From: Candidatus Eiseniibacteriota bacterium
GTDB lineage: Bacteria > Eisenbacteria > RBG-16-71-46 > CAZAMP01
Reading direction: 5' to 3'
DNA length: 64,000 nt
Assembly (NCBI GenBank): GCA_965224245.1
Contig: OZ245046.1
Location: 5,664,001 to 5,728,000, forward strand
Part shown: piece after piece, positions 19,365 through 28,013 of the stretch
How positions within the stretch are numbered: the stretch's first letter is position 1
How the letters are laid out: the number at the start of each line of letters is the position of its first letter
Translations under genes and position numbers: made by a program
The notes under the pieces: generated by a model
What the model was told of the DNA's origin: nothing
Database searches by the model: none
The model's input: only the letters and a program-made list of their open reading frames with translations

Positions 19365-19982
19365 GTGCGCTGGACGACGATTGCGCTGGCCGTTGCCACG
19401 CTGTGCCTGGCGCCGCCGCTCACGGCGAGGACGTGGGAGGCTGGGTTCGTCGTTCGCGACGACGAGTCGACCGGTGTGCTGAGGAGCTGGGACCAGACGT
19501 TCGGCCTCTCCGCGGGTCTCACGCTGCCGCTGGCCCGGAGCCTCGAGCTCGCGTCCCGCCTCACCACGCGCATCGGGTGGTTCGATCGGTACGAGGGCGC
19601 TTGCCCGTACTGCGCGGGCTTCGGGTGCGGATGCGCGTTCGACGGGGTGGGGCTGCGGACCCTGGAGGGAACCTTCACGCTCCGCGGTGTCGGCGGCACC
19701 TCGGTCAAGCGCTTCGTCGGCCTCTGTGGAGGGGTCCTCGTGGCCGACGTGGGGAAGGTCACGCGAACGATTCGATTCGTGAGTCGTCCCGATGACCCTC
19801 GGTTCGATACGGTCGAAGGGACCGGGAAGATCACCTTCAGGGCCCTCTTCGGCCTCGCCGCCGGCACCATCTTCCGCGGTCGCGACCACGGACTGGGCGT
19901 GGGCTTCGAGGGGTCGGCGACGATGGCGACGGACCGCTCGACGCTGTGGTTCCAGCTGGCCTATCTCGTCGAGTTCCGGTGA
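19365..19982 (+). CDS. Small secreted protein, probable outer-membrane beta-barrel, with a Cys-rich loop
   Basis: GAAGGAGG RBS before GTG 19365; signal peptide; alternating amphipathic strands ending WFQLAYLVEFR; CPYCAGFGCGC insertion. Confidence 0.55.
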   Translation: MRWTTIALAVATLCLAPPLTARTWEAGFVVRDDESTGVLRSWDQTFGLSAGLTLPLARSLELASRLTTRIGWFDRYEGACPYCAGFGCGCAFDGVGLRTLEGTFTLRGVGGTSVKRFVGLCGGVLVADVGKVTRTIRFVSRPDDPRFDTVEGTGKITFRALFGLAAGTIFRGRDHGLGVGFEGSATMATDRSTLWFQLAYLVEFR

Positions 19983-20103
19983 ACGCCGGGCCACGTGTCG
20001 GCCGATCGCCTTCACGGTGGCCGGTCGCTTTGCACGTCCGTGGCGACTGCCCGGCTCGCCGCCTCCCACACGATCCGAAGCGGCGGCCGGGCGAAGCACC
20101 CGT

Positions 20104-20895
20104 TCACCAGTCGGCGATCACCTGACGGCGGCGGTCCCCGCGTCCGTCGTGAGGGTCGTCGCCGCGAGGACCGCGGCCGTCACCACGGCCGTCACCGTGC
20201 CAGCCACCGCGCGGTCCGCGACCCGGTCCGTCGTCGTCCCAGTCCGACCAAGGCCCGTGTCCGTTCCCGCGGATCCACGACGCGCGGACCGTCTCGCCCT
20301 CGTGGCTCAGGTTCAGAATGCGACCACTGGCCAGCACGAGCACCCGGTCGCCCCGGCGCCAGTCGCGCGCCTCGGCACCGACGCCCCGAGAGATCGCGAG
20401 CACGCCGCCGCCCTCGAGCACGAGACGACCGCGGCGCACGGTCCGGATCTCGTCCAGACCCGCGAACGCGATCTCGTCCGCCCTGGGCCGTCGGATCATG
20501 TGGACGCGGACCGTGCCGTGATCGGCGATCCAGAGCGACCATCCGCCACGGGCACGGTACAGGACCACGCGCTGGTTCCTGAGGACGCAGTCGAGCCGCC
20601 GGGTGGCCCGCACGACGGCGCCGCCGGCGAGCACGATGCGCCGTCCGTGTCGCACCCGGTCGATGCGAGAGGCGACGTAGGGAACCGAACGATACGCGCC
20701 GGGGGTCGCGTCACACCACTCGTCGAAGTCGGGAAGGCCGCCGTGCCAGGCGGTCATGATGCTGCCGATGGATCGGGAGATCTCGGGCTTCGAGGTCGGC
20801 TCGGGAGCCCCGCAACGGGCTTCCTGAGCATCGGCCGACGCCACGCTGATGGCGAGACAGAGCACGCCGCAGAGAAGTCGTTTCATCGTCGTCAT
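20104..20895 (-). CDS. Secreted hypothetical protein with an internal duplication and G/R/D-rich tail
   Basis: GAGG RBS; signal peptide MKRLLCGVLCLAISVASADA; two similar beta-rich modules; low-complexity C-terminus. Confidence 0.55.
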   Translation of the reverse strand: MTTMKRLLCGVLCLAISVASADAQEARCGAPEPTSKPEISRSIGSIMTAWHGGLPDFDEWCDATPGAYRSVPYVASRIDRVRHGRRIVLAGGAVVRATRRLDCVLRNQRVVLYRARGGWSLWIADHGTVRVHMIRRPRADEIAFAGLDEIRTVRRGRLVLEGGGVLAISRGVGAEARDWRRGDRVLVLASGRILNLSHEGETVRASWIRGNGHGPWSDWDDDGPGRGPRGGWHGDGRGDGRGPRGDDPHDGRGDRRRQVIADW

Positions 20896-21108
20896 CCTCG
20901 TTGTGCCCCCCTCGGATCGAGGAAGGCGGTCCGGCGTGGAGGCAATTGCCGGTTGCTCAGAGGACGATCGGCCCCCGCGTTTCGTTACACCCGGGTGTTC
21001 TGGAAGTCGTAACTCGTTGTCAATGTGAGGCTAACGGCCTCGGGTCGACCGGTCTCGGCCACCCGTCGTACACTGTCGGCCGCACGAAATCAACCGGAGC
21101 CGCGACCG

Positions 21109-23094
21109 ATGACCCAGACCCGACCGACCCTGACCACACCGGCCGAGATCGAACGCCGTTTGCAGTCGATCCTGCCCCGGGTGCAGAAGCCCGGCCGTTA
21201 CACCGGCGGTGAGCTCAATCAGGTCGTCAAGCGCTGGAACGACGTGGACGTTCACGTCGCCCTGGGCTTTCCCGACATCTACGACCTCGGCATGTCCAAC
21301 CTGGGCCTGTCGATCCTGTACGACATCCTCAACCGCGAGGACTGGATCGCCGCCGAGCGCGTGTACTCGCCGTGGTCCGACATGGAGGCGGAGATGCGCG
21401 CCGACGCGCTCCCGCTGTACTCGCTGGAGACCAAGCACGCGATCGCCGAGTTCGACGTGCTCGGGGTCTCGCTGCCCTACGAGACGCTGTACACCAACCT
21501 CTTGAACATGCTCGATCTGGCCGGCATCCCGGTGCGCGCACGCGACCGCAACGAGTCGCACCCGATCGTGGTGGCCGGCGGTCACGCCACGTTCAATCCC
21601 GAGCCGATGGCCGACTTCGTGGACGTGTTCGTGATCGGCGACGGCGAGGAGGCCATCGTCGACGTCGCCGACGTCGTGCGCGGGTGGAAGGGATCCGGTC
21701 GCTCGCGACGTCAGCTCCTCGAGGAGCTGGCCGGGGTCTGGGGGCTCTACGTGCCCTCGCTCTACCGCGCGCGCTACGCGGAGGACGGCACGCTCCAGTG
21801 CACCGAGCCCGTCAGCGATTCGGCTCCCGCGGTGGTCCTGAAGCGCGTCGTGGCCACGATGCCCGAGCCCGTCACGCGGTTCATCGTGCCCTACGTGGAC
21901 ACCGTCCAGAACCGCATCGCGATCGAGATCATGCGCGGCTGCACGCGGGGCTGCCGCTTCTGTCACGCCGGCATGATCGCGCGGCCGGTGCGCGAGCGGA
22001 CGGTGGACGAGGTCGTGGACGCGATCGGCACGGCGCTCGAGCACACGGGCTTCGATGAGGTCGCCCTGCTCTCGCTGTCCTCGTCCGATTACGACGAGAT
22101 CCTGCCGCTGGTGAAGGCGGTCAGCGCCCGGTTCCACCACAAGAAGCTCAACATATCGCTGCCGTCGCTCCGGATCGAGTCGTTCTCGGTCGAGCTCATG
22201 GACGAGCTGATGAAGGACACCCGCCGGGGCGGGTTCACGCTGGCCCCCGAGGCGGCCAGCGAGAAGATGCGGCGCATCATCAACAAGCCGGTCTCCACCG
22301 AGGGCGTCATCACCACCGCGCGCGAGATCTACTCGCGTGGGTGGCACACGATCAAGATGTACTTCATGATCGGGCATCCCACCGAGACGCTCGAGGACGT
22401 GCAGGAGATCGTGAATCTCTCAAAGGCCGTGCTCGAGGAAGGGCGCAAGGAGATCGGCGGCCGCGCGCGCGTGCACATCGGTGTGAGCACGTTCGTGCCC
22501 AAGCCGTTCACGCCGTTCCAGTGGGTGCCCTGCGACACCGTGGATCAGATCCGGGCCAAGCAGCAGCTCCTGCACGGCCAGACGCGCGGCATCAAGGGCA
22601 TCAAGCTGAACTGGAACGACTGGCGCGAGACCTTCCTCGAGGTCATGCTCTCACGCGGCGATCGCCGACTGGGCGACGTCATCCACGAGGCGTGGCGGCG
22701 AGGCGCGCGCTTCGACGCCTGGGGTGAGCACTTCGTGTGGGACGAGTGGATGGCCGCGATGGACGCCTGCGGGCTCGATCTCGACTTCTACACCCACCGC
22801 GAGCGCGCGCTGGACGAGGTGTTCCCGTGGGATCACATCGACGCCGCGGTCAACAAGCCGTTCCTGGCCGACGACTACAAGTGGTCGCTCCTGGAGAAGA
22901 CCCGCGTGGACTGCCGCGATCAGTGCTTCGCGTGTGGCATCCTGCCCAAGTTCAAGGAGCTCCGGCGCGAGAACGCGGGCGACGTCTGGGAGTGCCCGGA
23001 CGTGAACGGCCCGAGACCGGCGTCCGCCACGATCGACTTTCGCTCGCGCAAGGACGTGGCCGCGGGCGTGCCGATCTCCGGGGCGCCCCGATGA
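21109..23094 (+). CDS. TIGR03960 family B12-binding radical SAM protein
   Basis: VQKPGRYTGGELN, FPDIYDLGMSNLGL, EIMRGCTRGCRFCHAG (CxxxCxxC), TLAPEAASE, FVPKPFTPFQW, C-terminal DCRDQCFACG. Confidence 0.92.
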   Translation: MTQTRPTLTTPAEIERRLQSILPRVQKPGRYTGGELNQVVKRWNDVDVHVALGFPDIYDLGMSNLGLSILYDILNREDWIAAERVYSPWSDMEAEMRADALPLYSLETKHAIAEFDVLGVSLPYETLYTNLLNMLDLAGIPVRARDRNESHPIVVAGGHATFNPEPMADFVDVFVIGDGEEAIVDVADVVRGWKGSGRSRRQLLEELAGVWGLYVPSLYRARYAEDGTLQCTEPVSDSAPAVVLKRVVATMPEPVTRFIVPYVDTVQNRIAIEIMRGCTRGCRFCHAGMIARPVRERTVDEVVDAIGTALEHTGFDEVALLSLSSSDYDEILPLVKAVSARFHHKKLNISLPSLRIESFSVELMDELMKDTRRGGFTLAPEAASEKMRRIINKPVSTEGVITTAREIYSRGWHTIKMYFMIGHPTETLEDVQEIVNLSKAVLEEGRKEIGGRARVHIGVSTFVPKPFTPFQWVPCDTVDQIRAKQQLLHGQTRGIKGIKLNWNDWRETFLEVMLSRGDRRLGDVIHEAWRRGARFDAWGEHFVWDEWMAAMDACGLDLDFYTHRERALDEVFPWDHIDAAVNKPFLADDYKWSLLEKTRVDCRDQCFACGILPKFKELRRENAGDVWECPDVNGPRPASATIDFRSRKDVAAGVPISGAPR

Positions 23095-23134
23095 GGCCGT
23101 GACGGCCTCGAGCCAGGGACGCCGAGAAGCCGCC

Positions 23135-23845
23135 ATGCAACCGGATCGCGACGGTCTCAGCCGGATCGATGCGTACCGCTACCGCATCACGTTCGCCAAG
23201 ACGATCGAGATGCGCTACACGAGCCATCTCGACGTGCAGCGCACGTGGGAACGTCTGATCCGGCGAGCCGAGCTGCCGCTGCTGTTCACGCAGGGGTTCC
23301 ATCCACGCGCCCGATTCAACCTGGCGGCCGCGCTGCCTCTCGGGTTCATCGGCGAGGCCGAGATCGCCGAGCTCTACCTGGTCGAGGACCGTGCGCCCGA
23401 ATCGCTGGCCGCCACGCTGCGCAAGTCGGCGCCGCCGGGCATTCGCATCGATCACGTCGATCGCGTGGATCCCCGCGCACCGGCGGTGCAGACCGAGATC
23501 GCCGCCTCGGACTATACGGTGCGACTGGCACCCGAGGTGGACCTGGACGCCCTGGCCCTGCGCGTGACGGCGGTGCTCGCCGCGGATTCCGTTCCGCGCG
23601 AGCGTCGGGGAAAGGCGTATGATCTGCGTCCGCTGATCGGATCGATGACGCTGGATCCCCCGGGCCACGGGCCGGGCGGCCACGACGTGGGTGCGGAAAG
23701 CCCGCCGGCGGGGATACTGCGGATGACGCTGGTGGCGCGTGACGGCGCGACGGGTCGGCCGGACGAGGTGCTCTCGGAGCTGGGTCTGGATCCTCTCACG
23801 CAGCTCGTCTGCCGCGACAGGCTCGTACTCGAGAGTGACTCATGA
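23135..23845 (+). CDS. TIGR03936 family radical SAM-associated protein (DUF2344)
   Basis: YRITFAK...RYTSHLD...ERLIRRAELPL.F.QGFHP..R...AAALPLG; usual position after TIGR03960. Confidence 0.88.
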   Translation: MQPDRDGLSRIDAYRYRITFAKTIEMRYTSHLDVQRTWERLIRRAELPLLFTQGFHPRARFNLAAALPLGFIGEAEIAELYLVEDRAPESLAATLRKSAPPGIRIDHVDRVDPRAPAVQTEIAASDYTVRLAPEVDLDALALRVTAVLAADSVPRERRGKAYDLRPLIGSMTLDPPGHGPGGHDVGAESPPAGILRMTLVARDGATGRPDEVLSELGLDPLTQLVCRDRLVLESDS

Positions 23846-25098
23846 GACGTGCAGCGACGGGCGCCGCCGGGCTCCCGGTGGTGGTTCCGGCGATCGTGCT
23901 CACCCTCCTGGGACCGGCCTGTGCGTCGCACCGTCCCGACCCGCTGCCGGCACCCGACGCCGCCGTGGTGTCGGGATCGCCCGCCGAGGTGTTCACGGGC
24001 GATGCGCCCGCCGGCAACCCCGATCGCGACGCATCCGTGGAGCCCCCGGAGCCCGACGAGCTGGTTGCCGGCGAGTGGGTCCCGATCGGACCGCCGGCCG
24101 CGCTGATGGGAACGCTGCCCGGGGATCGTGGCGCCGTACAGGACGTCGTCGTGTACCGTGGCGACGTCGTCGTCGCCGGATCGATTCGCGTGAGCGCGGA
24201 TCGAGATCCCGCGTACATCGCGGTGTGGAACGGGTCCACCTGGCGGTCGTTCGACGGTGGGGCGGACCGCATGGTGCGCGAGCTCTTCCGGTGGGGCGAC
24301 CGGCTGGTGGCCGGCGGCCACTTCACGGAGATCGGAGGCATCGCGGCCGATCACGTCGCCATTCACGACGGCGACCGCTGGGCGGCCATGGGCGACGGGC
24401 TCGACGGCGGCGTCGAGACGTTCGCCGTTCACGACGGGGCGCTCTACGCCGGCGGCGAGTTCCGGTTCTCCGGCGACACCGAGATGAGACGTATCGCCCG
24501 GTGGGACGGCACGCGCTGGCGACCGGTCGGGTCCGGCGTCGGTGATCCCGGCCCGAGCGCTGACGTGGTCCATGCGCTGGCGAGCCACGAGGGCACGCTC
24601 TGGGTCGGTGGCGCGTTCAAGACCATCGGGGACGCGCGCATCCGGAACCTCGCCGTCTGGAACGGCGAGACGTGGAGCGCGGGCGGCGACACCGACGACG
24701 CCGTTCAGACGTTCGGTCACTACCGGGGCGAGCTCATCGTCGGTGGCAAGTTCAAGACGATCGGCGGTGCACCACTCGCGTACATCGCCCGCCGATCGGT
24801 GAACGGGTTCGAGCCGCTCGGCGCTGGCCTCAGCCGCTGGGCGGTCGACGTCGCGACCCATCGGGGATGGCTGGTCGTGGGTGGGTGCTTCCTGACCGCG
24901 GGGGACGTGGCTGCGGAGTTCGTCGCCGCCTGGAACGGATCCCGGTGGGTTCGGCTCGGCTCCGGGCTCGACATGTGCGCCTGGTCGGTCAGCGCGACGG
25001 ACGATCGTCTTCTCGTGGGTGGCGGCTTCACCCGCGCCGGCGGCGCTCCGGCGCAGTACGTCGCCACCTGGGATCCGGACGCGAGGCGCGGGAAGTGA
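23842..25098 (+). CDS. Beta-propeller repeat lipoprotein
   Basis: Lipobox-like GPAC; about six repeats of L.[VA]GG.F...G......IA.W.G..W..[LM]G.G; ATGA overlap with the upstream gene. Confidence 0.75.
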   Translation: MRRAATGAAGLPVVVPAIVLTLLGPACASHRPDPLPAPDAAVVSGSPAEVFTGDAPAGNPDRDASVEPPEPDELVAGEWVPIGPPAALMGTLPGDRGAVQDVVVYRGDVVVAGSIRVSADRDPAYIAVWNGSTWRSFDGGADRMVRELFRWGDRLVAGGHFTEIGGIAADHVAIHDGDRWAAMGDGLDGGVETFAVHDGALYAGGEFRFSGDTEMRRIARWDGTRWRPVGSGVGDPGPSADVVHALASHEGTLWVGGAFKTIGDARIRNLAVWNGETWSAGGDTDDAVQTFGHYRGELIVGGKFKTIGGAPLAYIARRSVNGFEPLGAGLSRWAVDVATHRGWLVVGGCFLTAGDVAAEFVAAWNGSRWVRLGSGLDMCAWSVSATDDRLLVGGGFTRAGGAPAQYVATWDPDARRGK

Positions 25099-26498
25099 GG
25101 GCCCCGGACGCTCGTGCCGGGACGCCGCGTCGCGTGTTCCTCGACAGTCTCGGGTGCCGGCTCAACGACGCCGAGCTTCAGAGCTGGGCGCGCGCGTTTC
25201 GCGGAGCGGGGCATCGCATCGTCGGGCACCCGATCGACGCGGACGTCGTGGTGGTCAACACGTGTGCGGTCACCGGCGAGGCGGTCCGGAAGTCGCGCCA
25301 GCTCATCCGGCGGCGGCATCGCGAGAATCCCCGGGCGCGGCTCGTGCTGTCCGGATGCTTCGCCGAGCTCGACCGCGACCGCGCAGCCGCTCTCGAGGGC
25401 GTGGACCTCGTCGTCGGCAACCGGGAGAAGGACCGACTGGCCACGATCGTGCTCGACACCCTGATGCCGGGCGTGATGCCGGCGCCTGCCCGCGAGCCGC
25501 ACGCGACGCCCTATCCGCGCGCGGCGAGGACGCGGGCGTTCGTGAAGGTCCAGGACGGATGTCGCCACCGGTGCACGTTCTGCATCGTGACCGTCGCCCG
25601 CGGCGAGGAGCGGAGCCGCACCCTCGACGACGTCGTCGGCGAGATCTCCGATCTCGAGGCAGCAGGGGTCCAGGAGATCGTCCTCACCGGCGTTCATCTC
25701 GGGGGATACGGCTCGGACGTCGGCGTGGACCTCCGGACGCTCGTGGAGGCCGTTCTGTCCCGGACGCGGGTCCCGCGAGTGCGTCTGTCGTCCCTGGAGC
25801 CGTGGGACCTTCCCGACGGCTTCTTCGACCTCTGGCGAGACCCGAGGCTGATGCCGCACCTCCACCTGCCGATCCAGAGCGGGGCGGACACCGTGCTCCG
25901 CCGCATGGGCCGCCGGTGCGACGTGGCGACGTTCCGCGCCCTGGCCGACACGGCGCGCGCGGCGATCGACGGCGTGACGCTGACCACCGACGTGATCGTC
26001 GGCTTCCCGGGCGAGACCGACGCCGAGTGGCGCGAGACGATGCGCACGATCGAGTCGATCGGGTTCGGGCACCTTCACGTGTTCACGTACTCCGCGCGGG
26101 AGGGAACGGGGGCGGCTCGCCTGGCCAATCAGGTGACGACGGCGACGAAGCGGGCGCGAAGCGCGGAGATCCGGGAGCTCGCGGCCCGCATGAAGGCCGA
26201 CCACCTCTCGCGGCACGTGGGCACGTCGCGGCCGGTCCTCTGGGAGACCCGCGTGGACGACGGCGCCTCGCCTCGCGTCGACATCGGCATCGACGTCGCC
26301 GCCGGGGCCTCGGACACGACCGTGCGATGGTCGGGATACACCGACAACTATCTCCGCGTGTGTACCCGGGTACACGAGTCGCGGTCGCTGGCCAACCTGA
26401 CCGTCGACACGAGGCTCGTCTCGCACGACGGCGAGACCCTGACCGGTGACGTGACGGTCGCATCGCTGCTCGCCGTCGCGACGCCGTCTGGCGGGTGA
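25095..26498 (+). CDS. mtaB: tRNA t6A37 methylthiotransferase MtaB
   Basis: LGCRLN..E, VVNTCAVT..A.RKSR, RAFVKVQDGCRHRCTFCIV..ARG, EIVLTGVHLG.YG, RVRLSSLEP, PHLHLPIQSG, DVIVGFPGET, GYTDNYLRV. GTGA overlap. Confidence 0.88.
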   Translation: MRAPDARAGTPRRVFLDSLGCRLNDAELQSWARAFRGAGHRIVGHPIDADVVVVNTCAVTGEAVRKSRQLIRRRHRENPRARLVLSGCFAELDRDRAAALEGVDLVVGNREKDRLATIVLDTLMPGVMPAPAREPHATPYPRAARTRAFVKVQDGCRHRCTFCIVTVARGEERSRTLDDVVGEISDLEAAGVQEIVLTGVHLGGYGSDVGVDLRTLVEAVLSRTRVPRVRLSSLEPWDLPDGFFDLWRDPRLMPHLHLPIQSGADTVLRRMGRRCDVATFRALADTARAAIDGVTLTTDVIVGFPGETDAEWRETMRTIESIGFGHLHVFTYSAREGTGAARLANQVTTATKRARSAEIRELAARMKADHLSRHVGTSRPVLWETRVDDGASPRVDIGIDVAAGASDTTVRWSGYTDNYLRVCTRVHESRSLANLTVDTRLVSHDGETLTGDVTVASLLAVATPSGG

Positions 26499-27106
26499 CC
26501 GCGATGGCGAGGGGCCCGTCTCGCGTCCGGTCACCGCGCGGTCCTCGCGGCTTCTCCAACGTCATCGCGTTCGACGACGCGCCGTTCGATCGCACGCACC
26601 GCGGCGACGTGCCCGTGGTCGGCGCGGTGTTCGCGGAGACCCGGCTGGACGGCGTCGTGGTCACGCGCGTGCGCCGCGACGGCGCCAACGCCGCGCAACG
26701 GCTGGCCGAGGCGCTCGTGGACTCCCGGTTTCACGAGCACGTGCAGCTGATCCTGCTCCAGGGGGTCGCGATGGCCGGGTTCAACGTGGTCGACGTGCCG
26801 GATCTCGCGGAGCGGACGGGACGGCCCGTGCTCGTGGTCGCGCGCCGGGCCCCGGACCTCGATGCGATCCGGCGCGCGCTCCTCGGGAGCGTGCGCGGGG
26901 GACGTCGGAAGTGGGCGCTCATCGAACGGCTGGGGCCGATGGAGCCGATGGGGTCGGTGTACGTGCAGCGGGCGGGTATCGACGCCACCGACGCCCGCGT
27001 GACGCTCGATCGGCTGACGGTTCACGGGTCGATCCCCGAGCCCATCCGCGTGGCGCACGTGCTGGTCGGCGCGTGGGGGGAGGGGCGCAGCCGGGGGCGA
27101 GCCTAG
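26495..27106 (+). CDS. DUF99 family protein (endonuclease V-like fold)
   Basis: NVIAFDDAPF, VVGAV...LDGV, RRDG..A, LILLQG.AMAGFNVVD, PEPIRVAH. GTGA overlap with mtaB. Confidence 0.85.
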   Translation: MTAMARGPSRVRSPRGPRGFSNVIAFDDAPFDRTHRGDVPVVGAVFAETRLDGVVVTRVRRDGANAAQRLAEALVDSRFHEHVQLILLQGVAMAGFNVVDVPDLAERTGRPVLVVARRAPDLDAIRRALLGSVRGGRRKWALIERLGPMEPMGSVYVQRAGIDATDARVTLDRLTVHGSIPEPIRVAHVLVGAWGEGRSRGRA

Positions 27107-27121
27107 ACGGAAGCGAGTCCG

Positions 27122-27826
27122 TCAGTACATCTCCTTGACGCGGCTCCAGGACGCCGATTCGACCGGCACCACCGGATCGCCCCGGAGTCGGAACGCCGAC
27201 TCGTACGGAATCCCGAACACCGACGTGTGCGGCACCCAGTCGGCGAAGCCGAAGAACGCAGACTGGAACGCGCCCTCGAGCCCGTTTCCGGAGCCGGTGG
27301 CCTGACCGTACTGGGGATTGATGCACCCCTGCGACCGGCAGGCCAGCCAGTAGCGCTTGCCGATCTCCCCCTCGAACGGCGTGTCGAGGAGAATGCAGTA
27401 GCGGTTCTTGTTGAAGTCGGGATCGCGGAACTCGTGATACTCGGTGTCGATCTCCTCGTACGCGACCGAGCCCGGTGCGCCGGCGTCGTCGGTGTAGATC
27501 CGGATCCGGAAGTTGTCCGGCGGGATCGGCGAGCCGCACCAGTAGACGCCCCACCACTCCACGGCCACCACCGTCGAGCCGTCGTACGTGAAGTCGTCCG
27601 CGACCTCCGACTCGAACGGGTAGCACGGGTCGTACTGCGAGGAGAGCCCCGACTGATCGTCGGGAACCTGCTCCCACACGATCTCGTACGGGCAGTCGAA
27701 CTCGTCACCCCCGGGAGCGATCATCCACTCGTCGCTGCCGGGCAACAGGTGTCCCTGAGCACCGGCGGAGCCGACGATGCCGGGCACGATACATGTCAGC
27801 ACGCACAGCAAGAGCGGAAGCCGCAT
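27122..27826 (-). CDS. Secreted hypothetical protein with a C-terminal SWxxVKxxY tail
   Basis: AAGGAG RBS, signal peptide, EVADDFT and V.WWG.Y beta-sandwich motifs, ends VPVESASWSRVKEMY. Confidence 0.75.
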   Translation of the reverse strand: MRLPLLLCVLTCIVPGIVGSAGAQGHLLPGSDEWMIAPGGDEFDCPYEIVWEQVPDDQSGLSSQYDPCYPFESEVADDFTYDGSTVVAVEWWGVYWCGSPIPPDNFRIRIYTDDAGAPGSVAYEEIDTEYHEFRDPDFNKNRYCILLDTPFEGEIGKRYWLACRSQGCINPQYGQATGSGNGLEGAFQSAFFGFADWVPHTSVFGIPYESAFRLRGDPVVPVESASWSRVKEMY

Positions 27827-28013
27827 CGCCGTCTCCTTCTCGAAAGCGGGTTTTTCGGGGCGTCGGACGGCATTCTAGCAGAATCGTCGCCGGGGACGCG
27901 GCGCGATTCAAGACGGGGCTGCGCGAGCAGGATCGGTTCCAACCCCGGCCCCGATCGGCGCGTCCAAGCCCTTGGAGAGTCGACTCGCATCCAGCGCCAT
28001 GAGGAGGATCACC

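Noticed and set aside
23842-25098. Periodic sequence that might be a CRISPR or tandem DNA repeat
   Set aside because: The periodicity is at protein level (propeller blades); there are no identical direct repeats with spacers.
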